A DNA stretch of 64,000 nucleotides from an uncultured Armatimonadetes bacterium (lineage in GTDB: Bacteria; Armatimonadota; UBA5829; DTJY01): assembly GCA_963717145.1 (NCBI GenBank), contig OY970325.1:1568001-1632000 (forward strand), given 5' to 3'. The notes under the pieces are model-generated. The model was not told where the DNA came from and did not search any database. It saw only the letters and a program-made list of their open reading frames with translations. A program made the translations under genes and the position numbers. Below are positions 42,702 through 52,787 of the stretch, in pieces. How positions within the stretch are numbered: position 1 is the stretch's first letter; the number at the start of each line of letters is the position of its first letter.

Positions 42702-43082
42702 ATGCGAATTCCCGATGAGATAAGATTCGATTCCGACGGGTTGGTCCCGGCGGTCATACAGGACGCGGAAACCGGGCAGGTGCTGATGCTCGGGTTCATG
42801 AACCGCGAGTCGCTCCAGCGGACGCTCGATGAAGGCAAGGTCTGCTTCTGGAGCCGCTCGCGGAACAAGTTTTGGCTCAAGGGTGAGGAATCCGGCAACT
42901 TCCTCCTCGTGAAGGGCGTCTATGCCAACTGCTATGCCGACTCGCTACTCATCAAGGCCGAGCCGGTCGGCCCGACCTGCCATGCCGGCTACGATAGCTG
43001 CTACTACCGGCAGTTCACCGAGGATGGGCTCCAGGTGATCGCCGAGCAGGTCTTCGATCCGGCGGAGGTCTATAAGAAGTGA
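42702..43082 (+). CDS. hisI: Phosphoribosyl-AMP cyclohydrolase
   Basis: GLVPAVIQD, FWSRSR, WLKGEESGN, GPTCHAG..SC. Confidence 0.92.
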   Translation: MRIPDEIRFDSDGLVPAVIQDAETGQVLMLGFMNRESLQRTLDEGKVCFWSRSRNKFWLKGEESGNFLLVKGVYANCYADSLLIKAEPVGPTCHAGYDSCYYRQFTEDGLQVIAEQVFDPAEVYKK

Positions 43083-44581
43083 GAACGGCGACGAAGACCC
43101 GGAAGGCTGTCATTCTGAGCGCAGTGAAGAATCTGTCTCCGTGGGCCAGATTCTTCACTGCGCTCAGAATGACAGCCTTCCGCACAGGCATGGTTAGCGC
43201 ACTCGCAGTCCTTGCATGTGCGGCTGCGTGGGCGGCACCGGAGTACCGGGGCATTACCATACTCCACACGAACGACACCCACGGGCATCTGCTCCCCTTC
43301 AGTTTCGCTAAGCAGGTCAACCCGAAGGATAGCATCGCATCGATGCCTCACATCAGGGACATAGGCGGGATCGCACGCCGGGCCACGCTCGTTCACCGGA
43401 TCGAGGCCGAGTGCCGGGGGAACGTTCTGCTCCTCGACGCGGGCGATGCGCTCGACGGCACGCCCTTCTCCATCGAGTACATGGGCGAGGCCGATTTCGC
43501 CGCGATGTCGGCGGCCGGATACGACGCGATGACTCCCGGCAACCATGAGTTCAGTGCCTCGTACGACGAGTTCAACCGCAATGTCAATACGGCGACCTTC
43601 CCCATCGTGAGCGCCGATATCGTGGACCGGAAGTCAGGCAAGCTCGCCCTTCCGCCGTACACGATCTTCGAGATCGATGGCGTAAGGATTGCGGTCTTCG
43701 GGCTGACCGTCCCTGTCCCCAACTACCGAGCCGCGAAGGAAGGCTTCGACTTCCTCGATCCGATCCAGGCGGCAAAGGAACTGCTCCCACAGCTTCGAGA
43801 GAAGGCCGATGTCGTCATAGCGCTGTCCCACCTTGGCGTCGTCGACGACGAGCAATTGGCCCGCGAAGTGCCGGGGATCGACCTGATCGTGGGCGGGCAT
43901 TCGCACACGCGGCTGGCGAAACCTCTGTTCATCAGGACCAGGGAGCGGGAGGCATTCCGGATCGGCGGGACTCTCATCGTGCAGGATTACTGGTGGGGTG
44001 GCGAGTTGGGGCGGCTCGACCTCCGGCTCAGGCGCGACGGCGGGCCATTCACAGTGATGGGCTACGACGGCCGGCTGCTCCCGGTGACCGCTGACATCCC
44101 TGATGATCCCGAGACGAAGAAGGTCGTCGATCGCTACTATCGGCCGATCGCGCGGAAGTACGACGAAGTCATCGGGGAGACATCGGAGACTCTCTACGCT
44201 GGGCCCAAGCTGATCCGCCTGGTATGCGATGCCATGCGGGAGGCGTCAGGGGCGCAGATCGGCGTCTACGGTGGGCTGCGAGGCGATCTCCTTGCCGGCA
44301 AGATCAGGGTCTGGGACATTGCAGTTATGCTGCCCTTCAGGAACAAGTTGATGACCGCCGAGATCGCCGGAGGACAGCTTAAGCAGGCGATGAAGGCTCA
44401 TGGTCTCTTGTGTTCGGATATCGGAGAACCGCTCGACGATGACACGACCTACACCATCGCCACGGTCGACTTCTACCTGGGCAACGCTCTCAAGGATGCC
44501 AAGCCGATCAAGACCATCGCCGATGATTACCGCGACTCGGTGATCGCCTACATCAAGACTCTCGGGACAATCTCACCGTAG
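43079..44581 (+). CDS. Bifunctional metallophosphatase/5'-nucleotidase (UshA family)
   Basis: HTNDTHG, DAGD, GNHE, LSH, GGHSH plus C-terminal domain; alternative start 43190. Confidence 0.9.
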   Translation: MRTATKTRKAVILSAVKNLSPWARFFTALRMTAFRTGMVSALAVLACAAAWAAPEYRGITILHTNDTHGHLLPFSFAKQVNPKDSIASMPHIRDIGGIARRATLVHRIEAECRGNVLLLDAGDALDGTPFSIEYMGEADFAAMSAAGYDAMTPGNHEFSASYDEFNRNVNTATFPIVSADIVDRKSGKLALPPYTIFEIDGVRIAVFGLTVPVPNYRAAKEGFDFLDPIQAAKELLPQLREKADVVIALSHLGVVDDEQLAREVPGIDLIVGGHSHTRLAKPLFIRTREREAFRIGGTLIVQDYWWGGELGRLDLRLRRDGGPFTVMGYDGRLLPVTADIPDDPETKKVVDRYYRPIARKYDEVIGETSETLYAGPKLIRLVCDAMREASGAQIGVYGGLRGDLLAGKIRVWDIAVMLPFRNKLMTAEIAGGQLKQAMKAHGLLCSDIGEPLDDDTTYTIATVDFYLGNALKDAKPIKTIADDYRDSVIAYIKTLGTISP

Positions 44582-44674
44582 GGGCGACCCTTCAACGGTC
44601 GCCCGATAGGTCCGACGAACCGGGCGACCGTTGAAGGATCGCCCCTACCGAATGCGTACAAGGAAACACGAAAC

Positions 44675-46240
44675 ATGCCCAGATTCACCAGGCTCTGTAT
44701 TCTCTTACTGATTGGCATCGCCGTCCGCGTGCCGTCGGCCGCCCAGGAATATCGTGGGATCACGCTCCTCTACACGAATGACATCCACGATCACCTGCTG
44801 CCATTCAGCTACCCGGATCCGCCGAACAACAGCCTGGGTTATTCGAAGATGAAGGCGATCAAGAACATCGGCGGAGTGGCGCGCATCGCCACGTTGATCG
44901 ACCACGTCCGTCAGGAGACCAAGGGCAACACGCTTGCCTTCGACGCCGGCGACCTGCTCGAGGGAACTCCTCTCACCATCGAGTATCATGGCGCGGCCGA
45001 CTTCGCCGCGCTCTCAGCCGCCGGGTACAATGCGTTCGTTCTGGGCAACCACGACTTACAGGTATCGCTCGACCAGTTGCACAAGAACATCAGCATGGCC
45101 TCGTTCCCTGTGGTCTGCGCGAATGTAATCGACCGGAGAACCGGCAAGCTCCTCCTGCCGCCATACGCGATCTTCACGGTGCAGGATGTCAAGATCGCGG
45201 TCCTCGGCGTGACAGCCGACGGCGTCGCGGACGGACTGAAAGCCGTCAAGGAGGGCCTGACGGTCACCGATCCGGTCGCCGCCGCCAGGGAGTACGTCCC
45301 CAAGCTCCGCGAGCAGGCGGACCTCGTGGTCATCCTGAGCCACATGGGAGTCGGCGAGGACAAGAAGCTTGCGAAGGACGTTCCCGGCATCGACGTGATC
45401 TTCGGCGGACACTCGCACTCGTGGCAGAAGGAGCCGATCCTCGTCAAGAACCGCGACTGGGAACCGTTCCGCATAGACGGCACGATCAGCGCATACTGCT
45501 ACGAGCACGGCGGCGAGCTTGGGCGATTGAACCTCCGGCTGCGAAAGAACAACGGCCGGTTCGAGATCATGGGCTTCGACGGCGGGCTGATTCCGGTCAC
45601 GGCCGACATCCCCGACGATCCGAAGACTGCCAACGTGATCGACAGGTACTACAAGCCGATCGCACATCTGTATGACGAGGTCGTCGGTGAGGCCGCAGAC
45701 ACGTTCTTCAACGATCGCGCGGGAGAGAATACAATGCTCAACCTGATCTGCGATGCCATGAAGGAAGTCACCGGCTCGCAGGTCGCGGTCTTCGGTGAGG
45801 CGGGATGCCGGGGGGATGTCATCGCCGGCCCGGTCAAGGTCTGGGACCTGAGTCTCGTGATGCCGAATCCCTACAAAATGGTGACGATGCGGATCACCGG
45901 CGCGCGGCTGAAGGAGCACCTGGCGCTCCGCATCCCGGGCGTCTCCGCCGGGATGAAGTACAAGGTCGTCGGAGCGACTGCCACCGAGAGCCCGAGGAAA
46001 GGCCAGAGGGTCGGCACGATCGCCGAGTGTACCCTCGACGGCAAGCCGATCGACGACAACGCGATGTACACGCTCACGACCCACGAGTGGTTCCTCCAGC
46101 TTTTCTTCAAGGACATCACCGACGCAAAGATACTCGATCTGGACTGCCGCGGTGCGGTGGCGGAGTACTTCAGGAGACACAAGGTCGTCTCGCCCGTGAG
46201 GGATGGACGGCGCGACGTGGAGAGGGGCTTGCTCGGATGA
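44675..46240 (+). CDS. Second UshA-family 5'-nucleotidase, secreted
   Basis: YTNDIHD, DAGD, GNHD, LSH, GGHSH; tandem paralog of the upstream gene. Confidence 0.9.
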   Translation: MPRFTRLCILLLIGIAVRVPSAAQEYRGITLLYTNDIHDHLLPFSYPDPPNNSLGYSKMKAIKNIGGVARIATLIDHVRQETKGNTLAFDAGDLLEGTPLTIEYHGAADFAALSAAGYNAFVLGNHDLQVSLDQLHKNISMASFPVVCANVIDRRTGKLLLPPYAIFTVQDVKIAVLGVTADGVADGLKAVKEGLTVTDPVAAAREYVPKLREQADLVVILSHMGVGEDKKLAKDVPGIDVIFGGHSHSWQKEPILVKNRDWEPFRIDGTISAYCYEHGGELGRLNLRLRKNNGRFEIMGFDGGLIPVTADIPDDPKTANVIDRYYKPIAHLYDEVVGEAADTFFNDRAGENTMLNLICDAMKEVTGSQVAVFGEAGCRGDVIAGPVKVWDLSLVMPNPYKMVTMRITGARLKEHLALRIPGVSAGMKYKVVGATATESPRKGQRVGTIAECTLDGKPIDDNAMYTLTTHEWFLQLFFKDITDAKILDLDCRGAVAEYFRRHKVVSPVRDGRRDVERGLLG

Positions 46241-47772
46241 ACTCAGCGGATCTGATCCTGACGAACGGACGGTTTTTCACGCTCGACCCCGTGATGCCGT
46301 GGGCGGCGGCGGTTGCAGTCGCCGGCGACCGAATCCTCGCGACCGGCGGTCTCGATGAGATCGCGGCGTATAAGGGTCCGGATACCGAGGTCATCGATCT
46401 GATGGGCAAGACCGTCATCCCCGGCCTGACCGATTCGCATATCCACCTCGTGCTCTATGGCATGGATACGCTCTTCCGCGCAGACCTGGGCGGATGCCGG
46501 TCGATCGGTGAGATGCAGGACCGTCTCCGCGCGTTTGACAAGGAGCGGTCGCCGGAATGGATCATCGGCTGCGGGTTCGACCACGAGATCTTCGCCGAGA
46601 AGCGATTCCCCACTCGCCAGGACCTCGATGAGGTGAGCCGCGACAAGCCGATCATCGTCGTGAGGCTCTGCGGGCATGCGATCGTGGTGAACAGCAAGGC
46701 GATCGAACTCGGAGACGCCGACAAGCTGCCCGCATCCGGGCGAGAGACCGGCCTGCTGACCGAGGACGATCAGGACCCCGTGTTCGATCATGCGCCGAGT
46801 CCGACAGTCGAGCAGCGGACCGAGGCGATCCTCTTCGCCGCTGAGAAGGCGCGGGCGACCGGCATCACGGCGATCCACTGTCTGATCGGTCGCATGGAGG
46901 AGTTCAACATCCTCCGCAGTCTCCATGACGAAGACAGGCTGCCGATCAGATTCTACGTCCAGGTGCCATACAGCATCTTCCCACAACTCGCATCGGAGGG
47001 ACTCAAGACGGGTGATGGCGACGACATGCTGAGGATCGGCTCGGTCAAGATGTTCGAGGACGGCTCGATGGGCGCCTGGACTGCCGGCATGCGCGAGCCG
47101 TTCACCGACAGGCCAGACACCAGCGGTCTCTTGATGCGCACACAGGAAGAGCTGACGGAGATGGTGCGCAAGGTCCACAACGCCGGCTGGCAGGCGGCCG
47201 TTCATGCGATCGGTGACCTCGCGGTCGAGACCACGGTCAACGCGTTCGAGACGGTGCTCAACGAGACCGGCGAGGACAATAGAGTCCGCCGACACAGGGT
47301 CGAGCATGCCTCGATCCTCGCAGAAGACCTGGTCGAGCGGATGGCGCGGTTGCACATCCTGGCAGCCGTTCAACCTCAGTTCGTCATCACGGACTTCTGG
47401 ACGATCGACCGCGTCGGGCCGGAAAGATATCGCTGGACGTACCCGTTCCGCACGCTGATGGAGTCGGGCGTCCCGACGTCGCTCGGCTCGGACTGCCCGG
47501 TCGAGAATCTCGATGCGTTCGAGTTGATCTACCGCGCGGTGACACGGGATGAGCACAGTCAGTCGGAGTGCCTGACCGTAGAGGAGACAGTCCGCCTCTA
47601 TGCGCTCGGCGGGGCATACGCAGCCTTCCAGGAGAACATCCGCGGCTCGATCGAGGCCGGGAAGCTCGCCGACATGGTCGTCCTCGACACCGACATCTTC
47701 AACGTCCCACCCTCAGACATCCCCAGGTGCCGCCCGAGTGTGATCGTCCTCGGCGGTAAGCTCCAACCGTAG
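46237..47772 (+). CDS. Amidohydrolase 3 family (YtcJ-like)
   Basis: PGLTDSHIH, KMFEDGS, HAIGD, RVEHA, GSDCP, GKLAD; ATGA overlap. Confidence 0.92.
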   Translation: MNSADLILTNGRFFTLDPVMPWAAAVAVAGDRILATGGLDEIAAYKGPDTEVIDLMGKTVIPGLTDSHIHLVLYGMDTLFRADLGGCRSIGEMQDRLRAFDKERSPEWIIGCGFDHEIFAEKRFPTRQDLDEVSRDKPIIVVRLCGHAIVVNSKAIELGDADKLPASGRETGLLTEDDQDPVFDHAPSPTVEQRTEAILFAAEKARATGITAIHCLIGRMEEFNILRSLHDEDRLPIRFYVQVPYSIFPQLASEGLKTGDGDDMLRIGSVKMFEDGSMGAWTAGMREPFTDRPDTSGLLMRTQEELTEMVRKVHNAGWQAAVHAIGDLAVETTVNAFETVLNETGEDNRVRRHRVEHASILAEDLVERMARLHILAAVQPQFVITDFWTIDRVGPERYRWTYPFRTLMESGVPTSLGSDCPVENLDAFELIYRAVTRDEHSQSECLTVEETVRLYALGGAYAAFQENIRGSIEAGKLADMVVLDTDIFNVPPSDIPRCRPSVIVLGGKLQP

Positions 47773-48016
47773 TGGCCGCGCCTCCGTGCCGGCCTCTGAA
47801 CGGTTGCAGGCCGGCACGGAGGCACGGCCACTACGTCCATATCCCTTTTCGATCCCCTGACGACTCCTGTCGTCGGGGGATCGAACCGCTGGATTCCAGA
47901 GCAAGAACCCCCGACCCGCACTAAACTTCCCCATTCATGCCGCCGATAATAGTGCTACAAGTCGCCTCGTGTTCTGCACAGGCAGCAGACGTGATCTCCC
48001 TCGTTGAGGTGCGTAC

Positions 48017-48448
48017 ATGGCTAACTCGGAGTTTAGCATTACCCTGCGAAACTGCGCCGGTGTTCCGGTACTTGATCTTGCCGGCGACGTGAACAACAAC
48101 ACCCTGGGCAAGCTGGAGGACATGCTCGAAAGGTTGATCGGCGCGGGACACTACAACGTCATGATCAACCTCAAGAGGGCGGCCGCTCAAGGGCTGACCA
48201 ACCTGGAATCACTGAGGAAAGTGGCGCAGTTGATCCAGTCGCATTACGGCAATCTCGATGTCATCGCGGAGACCGAGCAGATCGCCAGCCTGGTCCAACG
48301 CAACGCGATCGACAAACTCTTCAGGTTTTGCACATCCGAGGGGCAGGCGCTCACAAGGATCCGGAGGATACCCGGACACACTGCTTCAGGGGTGAAATCC
48401 ACTCCCGCCAGATTGTTAGAAACGAGGTCAAAGCAGGTACAAGCATGA
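48017..48448 (+). CDS. STAS-domain (anti-sigma factor antagonist-like) protein
   Basis: VLDLAGDV, VMINL, length and pattern of STAS; canonical DSSG phospho-motif not evident. Confidence 0.6.
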   Translation: MANSEFSITLRNCAGVPVLDLAGDVNNNTLGKLEDMLERLIGAGHYNVMINLKRAAAQGLTNLESLRKVAQLIQSHYGNLDVIAETEQIASLVQRNAIDKLFRFCTSEGQALTRIRRIPGHTASGVKSTPARLLETRSKQVQA

Positions 48449-48660
48449 CGAATCAGAACTCACAGCTCAGGATCATCAACGTTATGGACCCGGTTATGTG
48501 CCTGCGATGCAGGAGCGCGCACATCGCCGAAGTGCTGTTCACCGACGGGTCGACCAAGAAAATGTTCTACTGCTCCCGGCTCGACTGCGACAACTGGAAC
48601 TGCAGCGGACAAGAGGTTTCGGAGATCGAGGAGACGGCGGTGGAGGAGCATAACGAGTAG
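48445..48660 (+). CDS. Small Cys-rich putative zinc-binding protein
   Basis: CLRC and CSRLDC; ATGA overlap with the STAS gene. Confidence 0.65.
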   Translation: MTNQNSQLRIINVMDPVMCLRCRSAHIAEVLFTDGSTKKMFYCSRLDCDNWNCSGQEVSEIEETAVEEHNE

Positions 48661-48692
48661 CCGCGAAGCTCAAAGGTAAAGGTTCGCAGATC

Positions 48693-48761
48693 GTTCGGGC
48701 AGCACCACCGCGTTCGGGCAGGAGTTGTACTCCTGCCCGAACGCGGTGGTGCTGCCCGAAC
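48693..48761. repeat. 69-bp palindrome between convergent genes
   Basis: GTTCGGGCAGCACCACCGCGTTCGGGCAGGAGT-TGT-ACTCCTGCCCGAACGCGGTGGTGCTGCCCGAAC. Confidence 0.85.
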
Positions 48762-48777
48762 ACGGTGGTGAACTGGT

Positions 48778-49560
48778 TCATTCGCCAAGACTGATGCGGC
48801 TTCGCTCGGCCTCGAGTGCAGCGTCGCGGACTATCAGGCGGTCGCCTTCCAGACGAACCGCACGGATGTCGTGATCGGAAGGGATGTATCCGCTCTCCGA
48901 GACCACATCGAGCCTTCGACCCCGAAACTCCCCCGTGCCCGAAGGCTTGAGAGCTGTGACCGCCGTGCCCGTGCTGCCCACATATTCGCGTGCGTCCTCG
49001 GTCGAGACGGCATACGTCCCCACCGTCTGATCGAGTCGCTGCCCGAGTCTCCGCCACGTGGCGGTCTTCGGCAGGTAGACAAGGAACGCCGCGACCACCA
49101 TGAGCGTGAACAGCGCCGAAGTCAACCCCGCAAAGACCGCGTTGACAGCCGCCCCGCCGAGCGCCCAGAAAAGGCCGAGGAAGACACCGATCACGCCCCC
49201 CACCCCGCTGATTCCGTGCCCCGGGAAGACGTGCGCCTCCATGAGTATCAGCCCTAACCCGATCAGGAACATGGTCACCCCGAGCCAGCTCGCCACTCCC
49301 GCGGTGATATAGACGGCGAACACGAGCGCCAGGCATGCGACTCCGCCGGTACCGGTAAGCCCCCAGGTGTTGATGGTGAGCAGGTCGATGATGAGCAGAG
49401 TCATCCCCAGGGCCAGTACGACAAACGTGACCCAGGGAACGAGCATCACGCTCTCGATCTGCTGCCACAGAGTACCGTCGGCGCGTGCAATGCCCTGCGC
49501 GAAGGCGGGAGCGCTCGCCAGCATCACCATATTCGCGGATATGAGGAGTCGTTTCAACAT
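48778..49560 (-). CDS. NfeD-family membrane protein
   Basis: Several TM helices, E...PG.G..G..G, C-terminal OB-fold G.A.T.LKPSG. Confidence 0.85.
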   Translation of the reverse strand: MLKRLLISANMVMLASAPAFAQGIARADGTLWQQIESVMLVPWVTFVVLALGMTLLIIDLLTINTWGLTGTGGVACLALVFAVYITAGVASWLGVTMFLIGLGLILMEAHVFPGHGISGVGGVIGVFLGLFWALGGAAVNAVFAGLTSALFTLMVVAAFLVYLPKTATWRRLGQRLDQTVGTYAVSTEDAREYVGSTGTAVTALKPSGTGEFRGRRLDVVSESGYIPSDHDIRAVRLEGDRLIVRDAALEAERSRISLGE

Positions 49561-49622
49561 CTTGACAGTCTTTCGCCGATCCCCCGACGACAGGAGTCGT
49601 CAGGGGATCGGTGCACTTTCGA

Positions 49623-49997
49623 CTAGTCCCCTGCGGAAAACCAATCGATCTTGCGGCACGTATTATACCGCACGACCGCGGCGAAAATCATGGCTCCCTC
49701 ATGGAGCCGCTCTCGAAAATGTGAGAAACATCGTTTGATCCGGTCCGCAACGCCGAGTCTCGACTCGGCGCGAACCTGCGAGCACATAGGCGCGAACTCG
49801 ATCCACAGGTCGAGTACCGGCTCATGTGGCGGTAAGTCATGGATCACCCCGAGAGCCTGCTGGAGTTCATCGAGTTCGTTGCGGCACGACTCGCAGCCGC
49901 TGAGATGGTCCATCAGGCGGGTCAGATCGGGCTCGATCAGATACTCCTCGAGATAGTCGGAAAAGAGTTCCTTTGCTTCCGGGCATCTCATCATCAT
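49623..49997 (-). CDS. Zinc-finger (zf-HC2) anti-sigma factor
   Basis: C...LFSDYL...HLSGCESC; overlaps the sigma factor stop. Confidence 0.85.
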   Translation of the reverse strand: MMMRCPEAKELFSDYLEEYLIEPDLTRLMDHLSGCESCRNELDELQQALGVIHDLPPHEPVLDLWIEFAPMCSQVRAESRLGVADRIKRCFSHFRERLHEGAMIFAAVVRYNTCRKIDWFSAGD

Positions 49998-50680
49998 TCC
50001 TCCTTGATCTGGTCCAGGTACGGCTTCATCTTGTCCTTGAATGCCATCCTTGCCCGGTGAAGCCTGGACTTTACATTTGAAAGTGACATCTCTGTAACGA
50101 GGCTGACTTCCTCGTATGATAGCTGTTCGAAGTCCCGCAGCACGATGAGCAGACGCTGGTCGGGCGGGAGGGTCGCCAGTACCGAATTCACGACCCGTTG
50201 GATCTCGTGCGTTTCAACTATTCGTTCCACATCGGCGGAGTCGTCGGAAATGAAATCGGTGTAGGGCTGGTCCTCCAGCATCGAGTCGAGCGACTCCTCG
50301 CGGACGCAGCTCTGCCGGCGTAACCGGTTGAGGCAGACATTGCGCGCGATGCTGTAGAGCCAGGTGGAGAACTTCGAGTCGCCTCGGAACGTGTGGGCGG
50401 CCCGGAGCACGTGACAGAACACGTCCTGGGTGAGGTCGTATGCATCCTCGCTCTTGACCATGCGGCTGACGATATTGAAGATCGAGGTCTGGTACTTCCG
50501 GAACAGGATCTCGAACGCGCGATCATCGCCCGCCAGGTACTTCGTGACGAGCGCCGCGTCGGTGTCCTGTTCGAGTACCGCGCTTGCAGTGGGTAGTCTA
50601 GGCATAGTCACTGTCATCTCGGCGTTTCCCATCCGATCATGCCTCCGTATCAGTTCGGCATCGATGGAGTCGCAAGCCAT
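49994..50680 (-). CDS. ECF-family RNA polymerase sigma factor
   Basis: DLTQDVF, FSTWLYSIARN, LSYEEV, VKSRLHRAR; start uncertain. Confidence 0.93.
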   Translation of the reverse strand: MACDSIDAELIRRHDRMGNAEMTVTMPRLPTASAVLEQDTDAALVTKYLAGDDRAFEILFRKYQTSIFNIVSRMVKSEDAYDLTQDVFCHVLRAAHTFRGDSKFSTWLYSIARNVCLNRLRRQSCVREESLDSMLEDQPYTDFISDDSADVERIVETHEIQRVVNSVLATLPPDQRLLIVLRDFEQLSYEEVSLVTEMSLSNVKSRLHRARMAFKDKMKPYLDQIKEE

Positions 50681-51042
50681 GTCGGCTGCCTCTACTGCTA
50701 CACTGATTTAGACAATCGGATTCGCCGAAAGTTGCACATCCTCGGCCCTATCATATCACATTCGATGCGCAGAGTTCCTTCATGGAGGGTAACACCTCAC
50801 GATCATGTACAGCGGATGTCATTCTGAACGCAGTGAAGAATCCGGCGGTGCGCAGACAGATTCTTCACTGCGTTCAGAATGACATCCGCGCGGGCAATTG
50901 TCAGCGATCGTGAACTCTTTCCATGGAGGAGTTGTGCCCGCCGTGGTTGAACAGTGATCGGGGGAGGTTCGCTGCATAGACCCCCTCGGCCCAGAGGCCG
51001 GTCCCCCTTCTCAAGGGGGATATTTCTCGGTGTGATCCACAT

Positions 51043-52167
51043 ATGCCGAAAGCCGCCCTGATCTACAGCCCCGAAATGACCGGCTACGATCTGGGCCTGA
51101 GCCATCCGATGCGACCGGAGCGGCTCAGGCTGACATATGAACTCGTCTCCGCCTACGGACTCCTCGGCGGCGATTCGAGGCTGATTCCGCCCATGCCGGC
51201 AAGCCGCTGTGATCTGGAGTCGGTGCACTCACCCGAATACATCGATGCCGTCATGGCCCTGAGCGCCGGCGCTGACGAGCCATCGCCCGCGGAATTCGGC
51301 TTCGGGTCGCTGGATAACCCGCCATTCATCGGGATGTATGAGGCTTCGCTCCTGTACACGGGAGCGTCGGTCCTGGCGGCCGACCTCGTCGCCCGAGGGG
51401 AGTGCGATCGAGTGTTCAGCATCTCCGGCGGACTCCATCATGCGATGCGGGAATGTGCGAGCGGCTTCTCCGTGTTCAACGATCCTGCGATCGCCATTCA
51501 GCGCCTCGGGCAGACGTTTGGCCGAGTCGCGTACATAGACATCGACGCGCACCATGGCGATGGCGTTCAGGCGGCATTCTACGAATCGAGCGATGTGCTG
51601 ACGATATCGATCCACGAGTCGGGGCACTTCCTGTTCCCCGGCACCGGCTTCACCGACGAGATCGGAATCGGCGCGGGCACAGGGTACTCGGTGAATATCC
51701 CGCTCACCCCCTCGACCTCGGACGACGTGTACCTGTGGGCATTCGACGAGGTCGTTCCTCCACTGATCGAAGCCTTCGACCCCGAGGTTATCGTCACTCA
51801 GCTCGGGGTCGATTCGCATTTTCAGGATCCTCTCGCGCACCTGGCGCTGACGAGCCGCGGGTTCAACGCGCTCGTGGAGCGCATAATCGGATTGGGTCGG
51901 CCACTGGTGGCTCTGGGCGGCGGCGGGTACAATCTCTCTGCAGTCCCCAGGCTCTGGGCGCTCGCCTATGGTCTCATGACCGGCCGCGAGATCGCGGAGC
52001 AGATTCCGCCCGCATACACGGCCAAGTACGGAATCACTCACTTGCATGACGTGGCTCAGCCCGGGGCGGCCCGGCACCAGAGGCACAACGTCCGCCCCGA
52101 TGCCGAGAGTGCCGTGCGCGACATCAAGCGCATGGTCTTCCCTGTCCACGGACTGAGCGGCGAATGA
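51043..52167 (+). CDS. acuC: AcuC/histone deacetylase family protein
   Basis: HPMRPERL, GGLHHA, DIDAHHGDG, LFPGTG, GGGGY. Confidence 0.88.
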   Translation: MPKAALIYSPEMTGYDLGLSHPMRPERLRLTYELVSAYGLLGGDSRLIPPMPASRCDLESVHSPEYIDAVMALSAGADEPSPAEFGFGSLDNPPFIGMYEASLLYTGASVLAADLVARGECDRVFSISGGLHHAMRECASGFSVFNDPAIAIQRLGQTFGRVAYIDIDAHHGDGVQAAFYESSDVLTISIHESGHFLFPGTGFTDEIGIGAGTGYSVNIPLTPSTSDDVYLWAFDEVVPPLIEAFDPEVIVTQLGVDSHFQDPLAHLALTSRGFNALVERIIGLGRPLVALGGGGYNLSAVPRLWALAYGLMTGREIAEQIPPAYTAKYGITHLHDVAQPGAARHQRHNVRPDAESAVRDIKRMVFPVHGLSGE

Positions 52168-52616
52168 AGGGCGACTCCACACTTGTAGGCGATGTATCCG
52201 CCGTCATCCATCGGCTGCCTGCATACGCAAAGCTCTCGTGGCTTCTCCTCCGCGATCCACATCTCTCGATGAGACACCGCGCGGCCCTCACCGCGGCTGC
52301 GGGCTACCTCATCAGTCCGATAGATGCTGTTCCGGGATTCATTCCAGTCATCGGCCAGATGGACGACCTGGCGGTGATGCTCCTCGCGCTCCGATGGATC
52401 CTGCGATCCATGCCGGCTGACCGCGCCGAGACCTATCTGAAGCAGTCCGGGATCGATATGGAGACCCTGAACGGCGATCTCGACCTGATCAAGCGGAACG
52501 GGCTCAAGATACTGAAGCGCGTGCGACTCGAGCTTGCGGTCGGTGCGGCATTCGTGTTGGGCGTGGGCAGATACGCGGGCAGGGAGATACGTCGCGGCCT
52601 CAAGGATCGCAAGTAA
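52164..52616 (+). CDS. YkvA/DUF1232 family membrane protein
   Basis: YLISPIDAVPGFIPVIGQMDD. Confidence 0.88.
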   Translation: MKGDSTLVGDVSAVIHRLPAYAKLSWLLLRDPHLSMRHRAALTAAAGYLISPIDAVPGFIPVIGQMDDLAVMLLALRWILRSMPADRAETYLKQSGIDMETLNGDLDLIKRNGLKILKRVRLELAVGAAFVLGVGRYAGREIRRGLKDRK

Positions 52617-52787
52617 GGGAAGGGCCAGGGTTCAAAGACCGTCTAGTCCTGAGTGCGCCTCTGGGCGTGTATCGAAGGACGGTCGCATGCGCGCCACGGT
52701 GTAGGGGAGAAGCATTGGCCCATCGGACTGCACCGACCCGCCGAGTCAGCGGCCAATGCTTCGCCCGATCTGAGTATGAGTATGAGT

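Larger units (their letters stand above)
47850..49610. repeat. 34-bp palindromic element present as exact inverted copies at 47850-47883 and 49577-49610
   Basis: CGATCCCCTGACGACTCCTGTCGTCGGGGGATCG and its reverse complement. Confidence 0.85.
43100..50889. repeat. Palindromic element GTCATTCTGA(G/A)CGCAGTGAAGAATC...GATTCTTCACTGCG(C/T)TCAGAATGAC (43100-43182, 50812-50889)
   Basis: Two copies with near-perfect arms. Confidence 0.88.
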
